From positions 1 to 64,000 of IMG/VR virus record IMGVR_UViG_3300042564_002819: 64,000 nucleotides of DNA. One strand, given 5' to 3'. The position numbers were made by a program, and so were the translations under genes. Below are positions 24,807 to 33,669 of the stretch, piece after piece. Every line of letters begins with the position of its first letter. Position 1 is the stretch's first letter. The notes beneath the pieces were generated by a model. It was not told the DNA's origin, did no database searches, and saw nothing but the letters and a program-made list of their open reading frames with translations.

Positions 24807-25962
24807 ACTATTCTATATGGGTTTAGAACCATATGAGGGTAGATACACACTTCAGTTAGAAGATTGGAGCCGTAAGGTCTTTGAACGCCGTGGCATTGAG
24901 TATATCTCGGTGCCCGGTGTTACCATTGATAACACCAAGTCTATCCAAGTTGGTCAAGTGCTTGACGCACATGGACGCTCATTCTTTAGTATGAGCCAAA
25001 TGATGAATCTTGTACAAATGATGCGTAACGGCGAAGTAACTGGCGAAGATGTAGTATTCTTTGAAGATATGTTTCAACCCGGTATCGAATCTCTTCCTTA
25101 CATTATGGATCAGATTCCAGTAGAACAGCGTCCAAAGGTTTGGGTACGTTGTCTAGCACAAACTGTTGACCCTGACGACTTTGTACACGTTTGGGGTATG
25201 AGCAAATGGATGAGTTTGTATGAAGCAATGACTAATGAATTTGTTACTGGCGTTCTTGCTAGTAATGAAGAAATGGTTGCTAATATGAAAATTGCTAACT
25301 GGCGAGCTCCTATTTACAACGTTAGCGGGCTTGCTTTTGGCAAAGAAGAAGTACAAGGTCGTGTGAAAGATATCAAACCTTGGATTGAACGTGCTAATCG
25401 TGTGGTATTTGCTGCACGGTGGGATCAAGAAAAACAACCAGACTTTTACATGGATATTGTAGAACAATGTGCAAATCACTATGTAGAATTTGCAGTCTTA
25501 CAAGGTGGCCCTCTACGTTCAAACAATCCTAAATACATTGAACGTGCAAGAGCTTTAGAAGCGGCAGGTAAACTTAAGATCTACGAAAATCTTAAGAAAA
25601 ACGACTACTACAATATTCTAAACGATAGTCGGGTGATGTTTAACTGTGCTTTGCAAGACTGGACTAGTAATACTGTTAGTGAAGCAGATGCACTTGGTTG
25701 CAATGTTCTGTTTCCTGCTTATCGCAGTTTTCCAGAAATCTTTGCAAACGATCATACAAGAATGTATGTTCCGTGGAGTAAAGAAGATGCTATGAACAAA
25801 TTGTATGCATTGCTAAAAGCACCGCATATGGATATTGGAAAGATTAGCGATTGGACCGATGCTACTATTGATCGTTACATTGACATTATGCAAGGTAACG
25901 GTGAACAATGGCGTCGTGACACTAATCGCTACAGAGACTTTGTATCGGAGAAGAAGTATTGA
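24799..25962 (+). CDS. Glycosyltransferase, GT-B fold
   Basis: C-terminal VVFAARWDQEKQP..F, YY..L.DSRV.FN...D..S.TV.EA.ALG..VL.P...SFPE pattern of GT-B (GT1/GT4-like) enzymes. Confidence 0.78.
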   Translation: MRKLFYMGLEPYEGRYTLQLEDWSRKVFERRGIEYISVPGVTIDNTKSIQVGQVLDAHGRSFFSMSQMMNLVQMMRNGEVTGEDVVFFEDMFQPGIESLPYIMDQIPVEQRPKVWVRCLAQTVDPDDFVHVWGMSKWMSLYEAMTNEFVTGVLASNEEMVANMKIANWRAPIYNVSGLAFGKEEVQGRVKDIKPWIERANRVVFAARWDQEKQPDFYMDIVEQCANHYVEFAVLQGGPLRSNNPKYIERARALEAAGKLKIYENLKKNDYYNILNDSRVMFNCALQDWTSNTVSEADALGCNVLFPAYRSFPEIFANDHTRMYVPWSKEDAMNKLYALLKAPHMDIGKISDWTDATIDRYIDIMQGNGEQWRRDTNRYRDFVSEKKY

Positions 25963-26825
25963 AAGTTTTGGTCACAGGAGCAACTGGTTATATTGGAAGC
26001 CACGTTTGCAAAATCTTAAAAGAACACGGGCACTATGTAGAGGCTTGGGATATTAACTTTTGGGGGGAATATAACGACATTTCTGCATACTGTGATCAAT
26101 TTTATCATTACGATGTAACTAAAAACGTAAAAGGTGAATTTGACGCAGTTGTGCATCTTGCTGGAAGAAGTTTAGTCGAACCTAGTATGCGAACTCCTAC
26201 AGAATATTATTTTACTAATATTCTCGGTACTTCTAACATGCTCGACTGTGTAAAAACTGGCCACTTTATTTTTGCTAGTACTAGCAGTGCTTGGGAAATG
26301 GCATCGCCTTATGCTCGCAGTAAAGTTGCGGCAGAAGATATTATTAAAGAAAAAGCTGCCGGTTATACTATTTTTAGATTTTTTAACGTAAGTGGAACAA
26401 ATGGCATCCATAGACAGCTATGTGCTCCGTCTCATCTCATACATGTAGCTGCCTTAGTTGCAGCAGGTAAACGTCCATATATTAACGTTTACGGAACAGA
26501 CTATTCTACTCGTGATGGTACTTGTATCCGCGATTACGTACATGTAGTCGATCTTGCAACCGCTATTGTAAAGGCAGTGGAAACTGGTCCTAAAAACACT
26601 CCTTATGAGTGCCTAGGCAGTAATCACGGGTGGACTGTGTTAGAAGTATTAGATACCATGGAACGTGTAACTGGTATTAATATTAATAGAATTTACGCAG
26701 ATCGTCGCCCAGGCGATGCAGTTTCTTCAGTTGTTGATAAACTAAGCGACTTTATTACTTTAGAAAAAACAATCGAAGATATGTGCTTAGACCAGTATAA
26801 CTTTGAAAGATCACGAAATGGATAA
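25959..26825 (+). CDS. galE: UDP-glucose 4-epimerase-like NAD-dependent epimerase
   Basis: VTGATGYIGSH, VHLAG, YARSK (YxxxK), FRFFNV.G, YGTDYSTRDGTCIRDYVHV.DLA, RRPGD. Confidence 0.88.
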   Translation: MKVLVTGATGYIGSHVCKILKEHGHYVEAWDINFWGEYNDISAYCDQFYHYDVTKNVKGEFDAVVHLAGRSLVEPSMRTPTEYYFTNILGTSNMLDCVKTGHFIFASTSSAWEMASPYARSKVAAEDIIKEKAAGYTIFRFFNVSGTNGIHRQLCAPSHLIHVAALVAAGKRPYINVYGTDYSTRDGTCIRDYVHVVDLATAIVKAVETGPKNTPYECLGSNHGWTVLEVLDTMERVTGININRIYADRRPGDAVSSVVDKLSDFITLEKTIEDMCLDQYNFERSRNG

Positions 26826-27147
26826 TGACGAATTTTTAAAACAGTATGAATTTATATTTTCTAACGAGGACGTTATTAATATTGATTTAAATGATATAAC
26901 ATCAAACACAATTACAGTTTCGACAATTGGCGGAACTGACAATGCAGGCCTGGTTATGACCGGCGACGGTTGGCAATGGACAACGCAGTACAACGTAGTG
27001 TTTCAAGATATAATGCCAAGCCTGAGTACTTTAAATAGCATGTGTAAAGAATATCCTGCATTAGAGAAAGCTTATGAAAATTTTAAAACAGTTTACAAAA
27101 TGGTTGAACAAGACTGGAACGGAAAACAAAAAGACAGCAACGCTTAA
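26818..27147 (+). CDS. Hypothetical protein, paralog 1 of the YPAL family
   Basis: C-terminal CKEYPALEKAYENFKTVYKMV. Confidence 0.7.
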   Translation: MDNDEFLKQYEFIFSNEDVINIDLNDITSNTITVSTIGGTDNAGLVMTGDGWQWTTQYNVVFQDIMPSLSTLNSMCKEYPALEKAYENFKTVYKMVEQDWNGKQKDSNA

Positions 27148-27601
27148 AGAAGCATATTCTGGATACAATCCAGAATATGCTTATATGAATCGCAAAAAAA
27201 CAGAGGCAGAAAAGAAGCGTTTAGAAAAATGGACAAAAGAGCTAAAAAGTATGAGTACATACAATAGCAATAATACAAATGTTTATAGTGGAGGTGGCTT
27301 TGGCGGAACAGGTTACGTGTCTGGTTACACTTTGACAAACAGCACTATTACTACTAACACTACAAATTTTTCTGATAGTGCTATTATTATCAATGGCGGA
27401 CCCAACGGTAGTATGAAGGTTGATGTTCCGTTGATTGTAAATGGCAGAGACGTTATGAAAGAACTTGACGAAATGCGTGACGCTCTGTTATTATTAAAAA
27501 GACACGTAAACATGGAAGAAAAGTATCCGCGGCTAAAAGAATTAAAAGATGAGTACGAGCAAGCTCTCGAAAAATACCAAACATTTGAGGCATTAAAATG
27601 A
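27074..27601 (+). CDS. Hypothetical protein, paralog 2 of the YPAL family (start uncertain, possibly 27251)
   Basis: Thr/Gly-rich middle; C-terminal EEKYPRLKELKDEYEQALEKY. Confidence 0.6.
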   Translation: MKILKQFTKWLNKTGTENKKTATLKEAYSGYNPEYAYMNRKKTEAEKKRLEKWTKELKSMSTYNSNNTNVYSGGGFGGTGYVSGYTLTNSTITTNTTNFSDSAIIINGGPNGSMKVDVPLIVNGRDVMKELDEMRDALLLLKRHVNMEEKYPRLKELKDEYEQALEKYQTFEALK

Positions 27602-27894
27602 TACCGGTACATGTAAACTATCAAATACCATATACTAGCAACGGGGATGAACGTGCTCACAATGGCGAAGTGCGAGCAATTAATGGACAGTTACAAGTTT
27701 ACAATGGCTCGTATTTTGTGCCTATACACACTACTGCCTGGGTTGATAATATTGAACTCGGTACTGTTGTAGAATGGTGTAAGCAGAAAATGCAACAGGA
27801 ACTGCGTGAACAAGCGTTGGCAGAACGTTTCCCTGCATTTGCTAAAGCAAAAGAAAACTATGAAATAGTAAAGGCATTAGTTCAACATGAATAA
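27598..27894 (+). CDS. Hypothetical protein, paralog 3 of the YPAL family
   Basis: C-terminal AERFPAFAKAKENYEIVKALV. Confidence 0.7.
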   Translation: MIPVHVNYQIPYTSNGDERAHNGEVRAINGQLQVYNGSYFVPIHTTAWVDNIELGTVVEWCKQKMQQELREQALAERFPAFAKAKENYEIVKALVQHE

Positions 27895-28453
27895 AACTTA
27901 TTACAGTTGGCAAGATGTTGAAACTGCCGCAAGTTGCATTATGCTCAGTATGCAAAAAGATCCCTGGTACCCAGATTGGATTGTAGGATTAAGTCGAGGC
28001 GGATTGCCTCTAGCCACTATTCTAAGTAACCGCCTTGGTGTTCCTATGCAACCTTTAGTTGTTTCTTTACGTGACGGTGAAGCTGGCTGGCAAACTGAAA
28101 CTAATTGCTGGCTTCCAGAACTTGCTTTCGGTTATGTCGAAGTAGAAGAACGTGAAATTTATCGCACCCGTTGGGATATTAGCAAACGAAAAAATATCTT
28201 AATCGTTGATGACATTAACGATACTGGTGCTACGTTCAATTGGATTAAAAAAGATTGGGAATCGAGTGTATTCCCAAATGAACGTGCTGCATGGGATACA
28301 GTATGGGACAAAAACGTTCGATTTGCTGTGATGACACAGAATTGGGGTAGTAGTTTTGAACCAGATTATTGGTGGCACGAAGTAAACAAAGCAGAAAAAG
28401 ATTGTTGGTTAGTATACCCTTGGGAGAAGGAATCATGGCTAAAAAGAACATAA
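27887..28453 (+). CDS. Type I phosphoribosyltransferase (Gpt/HPRT-like)
   Basis: IVGLSRGGL..A, PRPP-binding ILIVDDINDTGATF, WLVYPWE. Confidence 0.85.
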   Translation: MNKTYYSWQDVETAASCIMLSMQKDPWYPDWIVGLSRGGLPLATILSNRLGVPMQPLVVSLRDGEAGWQTETNCWLPELAFGYVEVEEREIYRTRWDISKRKNILIVDDINDTGATFNWIKKDWESSVFPNERAAWDTVWDKNVRFAVMTQNWGSSFEPDYWWHEVNKAEKDCWLVYPWEKESWLKRT

Positions 28454-28830
28454 CCGGACCGTGGACTGATGTAGTTATAGATACAAAAACTTACACTGTA
28501 TTTAAAGATGGTTTTCCTGTCACAGAAGGACATTTGTTGTTTGTTCCTAAAGAAGAAACAATGGAATGTTTAATGGCTTGCTACAAAGCAGCATATGCAT
28601 GGGGCTACGGCTGGATTAATGAAGGTTATTGCGACGGCTACAACATAGGTCAAAATGTAGGCAAAAGTGCAGGACAAACAGTTGATTGGCCTCACATTCA
28701 TTTAATCCCAAGAAGAACCGGCGACATGACAGACCCACGAGGCGGAGTTAGACATGTAATTCCGGAAAGAGGCAATTATAAAAAACACGAATTTGATTGG
28801 GACAATCTGTCTCATGGTCAGGCAGCATAA
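28435..28830 (+). CDS. HIT family hydrolase
   Basis: DGFPVTEGHLLFVPK, GYNIGQN.G.SAGQTVDWPHIHLIPRR.GD; start at 28435. Confidence 0.85.
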   Translation: MAKKNITGPWTDVVIDTKTYTVFKDGFPVTEGHLLFVPKEETMECLMACYKAAYAWGYGWINEGYCDGYNIGQNVGKSAGQTVDWPHIHLIPRRTGDMTDPRGGVRHVIPERGNYKKHEFDWDNLSHGQAA

Positions 28831-28842
28831 GGAGATTATACA

Positions 28843-29055
28843 ATGCAGGAATTAAGAAATACAATGCTTTCAGCTGTTAAGAAACATGCAGAAGCACACA
28901 TCGAAAAGCACCGTGTTAATATCGAAATTTATCTTCGAAATTCTGTCGGAGTTGGCGAGCATAGCGATATTATGGATGCAATTGAAAAAGAATTAGCACA
29001 CATGGCAGAATATGAAGATCATCTTGAAATTCTCGAAAAGTATTTCAAGGAATAA
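28843..29055 (+). CDS. Small hypothetical protein
   Basis: 70 aa after AAGGAG; VGVGEHSDIMDAIEKEL. Confidence 0.75.
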   Translation: MQELRNTMLSAVKKHAEAHIEKHRVNIEIYLRNSVGVGEHSDIMDAIEKELAHMAEYEDHLEILEKYFKE

Positions 29056-29060
29056 AGTTA

Positions 29061-29843
29061 GTGACAAGTATAAAATTATTTGATGTTTTATCCGAAGATG
29101 CTGTTTATAATCTAATTGGACATTGTAAAGAGTGTTGGGATTACACCTATCCTAATAGCCAAGCATTAGAAGAAGCATCATACCGTGCCCTTGCCCCTTT
29201 TTTTAAAAATTGTCAGCATTTAGGAGCAGCTAATACAATTGTTGATGTTCTAATAGATTCAAATGCTCTTGATATTAAAGGATGCAAAAAATTAACACAT
29301 ATAGGAAAAACTAATGAGTCATCGAATCACATTAAAAATAGATTTGTAGAGAAAATTTTACCAGATGGATCAAAGATTATTTTTAAGATCCCTAACCAAA
29401 TCGAAACTATGGTTAAACGACCTAAAAGAGATGTAAACAATTGGTCCGGTGATCCAAAAGGACTTGTAGAGTTGTGTTTAAAAGATTACAACGATTTTGC
29501 ATGGTCGACTGCAAAATCTGCAGGATGTAAAAATCTATACAGTCTTGTAGTATTATACGGGGAAAGCAACGGATACAGATCTATTTATGTTACGTTAAAA
29601 GAATTCTCAGTTCCACAAATCGAAACAGCTATACAAAATTCTAAAAAAAAGTATACTGGCTATGATAAAAACGGAAATGAAGTTTGTTTAATAAAAGTAA
29701 TAAGCACCGGCAGTATTAATATTCACAAATTTTTTGATACATCTGAAGGAGTATTACATACCTATCCTGTAAAAAATGGTGTACCTAAATTTTTTAATAA
29801 ATCAGATCTGTTAATAGATGGACCAATAACAAATATTAAATAA
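29061..29843 (+). CDS. Hypothetical protein, possible PD-(D/E)xK nuclease
   Basis: IVDV...ALDIKG resembles a (P)D..(D/E)xK core; AT-rich; GTG start. Confidence 0.4.
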   Translation: MTSIKLFDVLSEDAVYNLIGHCKECWDYTYPNSQALEEASYRALAPFFKNCQHLGAANTIVDVLIDSNALDIKGCKKLTHIGKTNESSNHIKNRFVEKILPDGSKIIFKIPNQIETMVKRPKRDVNNWSGDPKGLVELCLKDYNDFAWSTAKSAGCKNLYSLVVLYGESNGYRSIYVTLKEFSVPQIETAIQNSKKKYTGYDKNGNEVCLIKVISTGSINIHKFFDTSEGVLHTYPVKNGVPKFFNKSDLLIDGPITNIK

Positions 29844-29874
29844 TTTAAAAAATTACCAAATACTTTAATAAACC

Positions 29875-29903
29875 TTGACAAAAAATCTAAATAATTGTAT
29901 ACT
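29875..29903 (+). promoter_or_regulatory. Sigma70-type promoter for folE-queE-metK
   Basis: TTGACA-17nt-TATACT, near-consensus. Confidence 0.8.
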
Positions 29904-29947
29904 TATAAAGATAGGACATCCTCGTCCTTGATAACTCGGAGAAAGAA

Positions 29948-30634
29948 TTGAAAACTAGTAAAAAAATTAAACAACGCATCGAAGAAGCAGGTGCAAGATA
30001 TTGGGCAGGTGACAATATCAGTGAATATATCAAAGAAGGCGAATTAAACGAACTGATCGACGAACTTACAGAAAAGTTCGAAGATGTTCTCGATAGCCTT
30101 GTTATCGATCGTAAGAACGATCCAAACAGCATGGACACCGGCAGACGTCTTGCAAAAATGTATGTCAAAGAACTTATGGCAGGTCGTTACTACCCAATGC
30201 CCAACGCAACGGCATTTCCGAATCATACTAATGAACCGTATAAAGGTATGTTGGTTGTTCGTAGCGAACTAACAAGCATGTGCAGTCATCATCACCAGCC
30301 TGTTAAAGGTGTAGCATATATCGGTATTATTGCTGCCGATACGCTGATTGGCTTGAGCAAGTATACACGTATTGCACAATGGTGTGCTCGTCGTGGAACA
30401 CTGCAAGAAGAACTTGCAATGGATATTGCTCGTGAAATTAAATCAGCAACTGGTTCAAAAGACGTTGCTGTTTATATTCAGGCTACTCACGGCTGTTGTG
30501 AGAATAGAGGCATTATGGCACACTCAAGCCTAACACAAACAACTGTTCTCGAAGGTGTATTCAAAAGCGATCAAAGTGTTAAAAAAGAATTCTTTGACAA
30601 CATTAAACTACAACAGGAGTTTGCACCAAGATGA
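29948..30634 (+). CDS. folE: GTP cyclohydrolase I
   Basis: DPNS.DTGRRLAKMY, SMCSHHHQP, GLSKY.R, LQEE, H.CC..RG; TTG start after GGAG. Confidence 0.93.
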   Translation: MKTSKKIKQRIEEAGARYWAGDNISEYIKEGELNELIDELTEKFEDVLDSLVIDRKNDPNSMDTGRRLAKMYVKELMAGRYYPMPNATAFPNHTNEPYKGMLVVRSELTSMCSHHHQPVKGVAYIGIIAADTLIGLSKYTRIAQWCARRGTLQEELAMDIAREIKSATGSKDVAVYIQATHGCCENRGIMAHSSLTQTTVLEGVFKSDQSVKKEFFDNIKLQQEFAPR

Positions 30635-30921
30635 AATTTTTGAAAAGACTTGTAGCTAAATGGGTACAAGAAGCACAAGAAGAACGCTACAGTAACGGTA
30701 AAGGCGGAATATTAATTGCAAAAGACGTTGATAGCAACACTGTTAACGACGAGCCTATTCTAAACTTTAGAATTTACAGTGCTCAAAACGGTAAGATTAT
30801 CGAGTTTCATAGATATGATAGAAAGACCGACCGAAGCGATAAATCTGTTTACATTGTTGAAAAAGACAAAGACTTGTCCGAGTATGTGAATAAGTGCCTA
30901 AGCTTGGAGTTGCTGCGATGA
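30631..30921 (+). CDS. Hypothetical protein
   Basis: 96 aa, overlap-coupled between folE and queE. Confidence 0.7.
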   Translation: MKFLKRLVAKWVQEAQEERYSNGKGGILIAKDVDSNTVNDEPILNFRIYSAQNGKIIEFHRYDRKTDRSDKSVYIVEKDKDLSEYVNKCLSLELLR

Positions 30922-31793
30922 TGAAACTACGTTATAGCGAAGCATTTTATTCAGTGCAAGGCGAAGGCCAGTACGTAGGAGTACCTAGTGTATTCCTACG
31001 TACTTTCGGTTGTAACTTTCGTTGTCAAAACTTTGGACTACCTCGTGGCACACCCAAAGGACGTTATAACCCAGAAGTTGCTAAACTTATCGAAGACGGC
31101 GTTCACGAAACTGTAGAAAAGTTTGAAGATTTGCCGCTGGTATTTACAGGCTGTGACACTTATGCAAGTATCTACCCTGAGTTTAGACATCTTGTTATGG
31201 ATAAGACTATCGACGAAGTAGTAGATCATTTGCTAAGTATTACTCCAGAAGGTAAATGGACTATGGATAATGGACAGGATGTTCACCTTATCCTCACAGG
31301 CGGCGAACCGTTACTTGCTTGGCAACGTCTATATATCGAATTATTCGAACATCCAAGAATGGCGGATCTAAAAAATGTTACATTTGAAACAAATACTACA
31401 CAGTGGTTGCACGATGAGTTTAGAGAATACTTGGGAACTCGTGCAAGATTTAGAACAACGTTTAGTTGTAGTCCAAAGTTATCCGTTTCGGGAGAGTCTT
31501 GGACTGATGCTATTAAGCCTAGCGTTGCTCGTCAGTACTACGATATCCCTGGTGTTGATCTTTATCTTAAGTTTGTTGTGGCTGATGACGTGGATGTTGA
31601 GGAAGTTGGCAGAGCCGTTGATGCTTATCGCAGCGAAGGTGTTGAGTGTCCCGTTTATCTCATGCCGATGGGCGGGCGTACAGAAGGCTATAACCTCACT
31701 GTTCAAGAAGTTGCAAAACTTGCTATGGCAAAAGGATGGCGGTTCACCCCAAGACTCCACATTAGTCTATTCGGAAATGCCTGGGGAACTTGA
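30918..31793 (+). CDS. queE: 7-carboxy-7-deazaguanine synthase (radical SAM)
   Basis: EAFYSVQGEG...GVPSVFLRTFGCNFRC, GCDT, LTGGEPLL, ETN, CSPKL, KFVV, LMP.G, PRLH. Confidence 0.9.
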   Translation: MMKLRYSEAFYSVQGEGQYVGVPSVFLRTFGCNFRCQNFGLPRGTPKGRYNPEVAKLIEDGVHETVEKFEDLPLVFTGCDTYASIYPEFRHLVMDKTIDEVVDHLLSITPEGKWTMDNGQDVHLILTGGEPLLAWQRLYIELFEHPRMADLKNVTFETNTTQWLHDEFREYLGTRARFRTTFSCSPKLSVSGESWTDAIKPSVARQYYDIPGVDLYLKFVVADDVDVEEVGRAVDAYRSEGVECPVYLMPMGGRTEGYNLTVQEVAKLAMAKGWRFTPRLHISLFGNAWGT

Positions 31794-31859
31794 TAAAACC
31801 TCCAAATACTTTAGAGGCATACACACAGAAGAACAATTTAATAATCTAAGGAAAGATTT

Positions 31860-32954
31860 ATGAACTATATTTTTACTAGCGAAAGTGTTAGCGACGGACA
31901 CCCGGATAAGATTGCAGACCAAATTTCTGACGCACTAGTCGATGCTGGATTAAAAGCAGGCGACACTACTACTCGTGTTGCAATCGAGACACTTGTAACT
32001 ACCAACCACGTTACGTTGGCGGGCGAAGTAAAGAACTTTAATGTAAGCAAGGACGAAGTAAAAGAAATTGTATGCAATAAAGTTAAAGAGATTGGCTACG
32101 AACAGGATGGGTTTCATTGGGATAAACTAAAAATTTACAATGAAATCCATAGCCAAAGTGCTGATATTGCACTAGGTACAGATACATTCGGTGCAGGCGA
32201 TCAAGGCATTATGTTTGGTTATGCATGTAATCATACAGATAGTTACATGCCGGCACCCATTCATTATGCTCATAAAATTTTGCATGAACTCAAAGACCTG
32301 CGTAAAACCAACAATATACTCGGGCCCGATGCTAAATCACAAGTTAGTGTAGAATATAATGGTGCAAGACGTGAGGGTATTATTAAACGTATTGACCAAA
32401 TTGTTATTAGCACACAACATACAGAAGGTAATGTTAACGAAGCTCGTGAACTTGCTAAACAAGCTGCATACAATGTATTAGGAGATTTAATTGACGAAAA
32501 TACAGTATGGCATCTCAATCCTACTGGCAATTTTGTTATCGGTGGACCCGACGGTGACGCCGGTGTTACTGGACGAAAGATTATCGTTGATACTTATGGC
32601 GGCTTTGCTCCTCATGGCGGCGGCGCCTTTAGTGGCAAGGATCCAACGAAAGTGGATAGAAGTGCAGCGTACATGGCACGATGGTTAGCTAAAAACGTTG
32701 TAGCAGACGAAATGGCAGACTGGTGTAATATTCAACTATCATATGCTATCGGTGTTAAACAACCTACTAGTATTCTTATTGATAGTAATGGCCATAATCG
32801 CAGTATCGAACAGTTTATTCGTAACGAAATTGATTTAAGTCCAAAAGGTATTATTGATAGATTTGATTTGTTTAACTTTCATAAGTATAGTGAAAATTGT
32901 GTATATGGACATTTTGGAGACAAAGATGTGCCGTGGGAAAGAATCGGATGGTAA
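31860..32954 (+). CDS. metK: S-adenosylmethionine synthetase
   Basis: FTSESVSDGHPDK, GAGDQG, GGP.GDAGVTGRKIIVDTYGG..PHGGGAFSGKDPTKVDRS. Confidence 0.96.
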   Translation: MNYIFTSESVSDGHPDKIADQISDALVDAGLKAGDTTTRVAIETLVTTNHVTLAGEVKNFNVSKDEVKEIVCNKVKEIGYEQDGFHWDKLKIYNEIHSQSADIALGTDTFGAGDQGIMFGYACNHTDSYMPAPIHYAHKILHELKDLRKTNNILGPDAKSQVSVEYNGARREGIIKRIDQIVISTQHTEGNVNEARELAKQAAYNVLGDLIDENTVWHLNPTGNFVIGGPDGDAGVTGRKIIVDTYGGFAPHGGGAFSGKDPTKVDRSAAYMARWLAKNVVADEMADWCNIQLSYAIGVKQPTSILIDSNGHNRSIEQFIRNEIDLSPKGIIDRFDLFNFHKYSENCVYGHFGDKDVPWERIGW

Positions 32955-33046
32955 TGAAGAAATGTCTTAAAAGAATTACTGGCATAGAATCCGAAGAGCA
33001 AGCACTAGAGGCTAGCCGTAAACAGCTCGGAGAAGCTAATCTGTGA
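32954..33046 (+). pseudogene. 30-aa ORF resembling the N-terminus of 33238..33669
   Basis: MKKCLKRITGIESEEQALEA vs MIKNWLRKITGIDEIKAEAEA. Confidence 0.35.
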
Positions 33047-33210
33047 GTCCAAATATTAAGTTAGATGTACAACTAGACGATATGATAAAGGTGATAAAAG
33101 AAGAGGCAATAAATTTAAAAAATGCCGGAGATCATCACCGTTCATACATCTTAAAAGAAGCAGCCAATTTCTTAACTGTACAAAAAAGAAATGGTGTTAA
33201 AAATATCTAA
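33043..33210 (+). CDS. Small hypothetical protein (55 aa, not in ORF track)
   Basis: GTG start overlapping the previous TGA; MSPNIKLDVQLDDMIKV...KNI*. Confidence 0.45.
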   Translation: MSPNIKLDVQLDDMIKVIKEEAINLKNAGDHHRSYILKEAANFLTVQKRNGVKNI

Positions 33211-33237
33211 TCTACTAAAAAATTTAAAAGGGATACA

Positions 33238-33669
33238 ATGATAAAGAACTGGCTTAGAAAAATTACAGGTATTGACGAAATTAAAGCTGAAGCAGAAGCA
33301 GCTAAGGCCGATCTTGTTATGCTTGTTGAGCAAAAGAAAAAACTAGAAGAAGAATCAGAACTTGCAAAACTCTCTCCTAAAGATCGTGCTACAAGAAAAG
33401 AAGAACCATACATATCTGTTATAGATACTAAAATAAATCCAGAAAACATTCGTAATGGTTTTTTTGAATTGGATTGGAATGAGTATTTTATTAAAGATCT
33501 GATAATGAATGGGTATGGAACTGAAGCCGATCCTGAAGAAGAAATTGTAGATAGATGGTTTCGTGATATAGTATATCAAATGCTTTCTGATGAAGGGCTT
33601 GACACGCAACGCGGTTCCGGCTATATTAACGTAGTTCCAATCGCTAAAGGCAAATCAGAGGTATCATGA
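33238..33669 (+). CDS. Hypothetical phage protein
   Basis: 143 aa; NIRNGFFELDWNEYFI, IVDRWFR. Confidence 0.75.
   Translation: MIKNWLRKITGIDEIKAEAEAAKADLVMLVEQKKKLEEESELAKLSPKDRATRKEEPYISVIDTKINPENIRNGFFELDWNEYFIKDLIMNGYGTEADPEEEIVDRWFRDIVYQMLSDEGLDTQRGSGYINVVPIAKGKSEVS

Noticed and set aside
29904-29947. preQ1-I or THF-II riboswitch
   Set aside because: Lacks the preQ1-I loop consensus and A-rich 3' tail and does not match the THF-II layout as I recall it; kept only as an unexplained hairpin.
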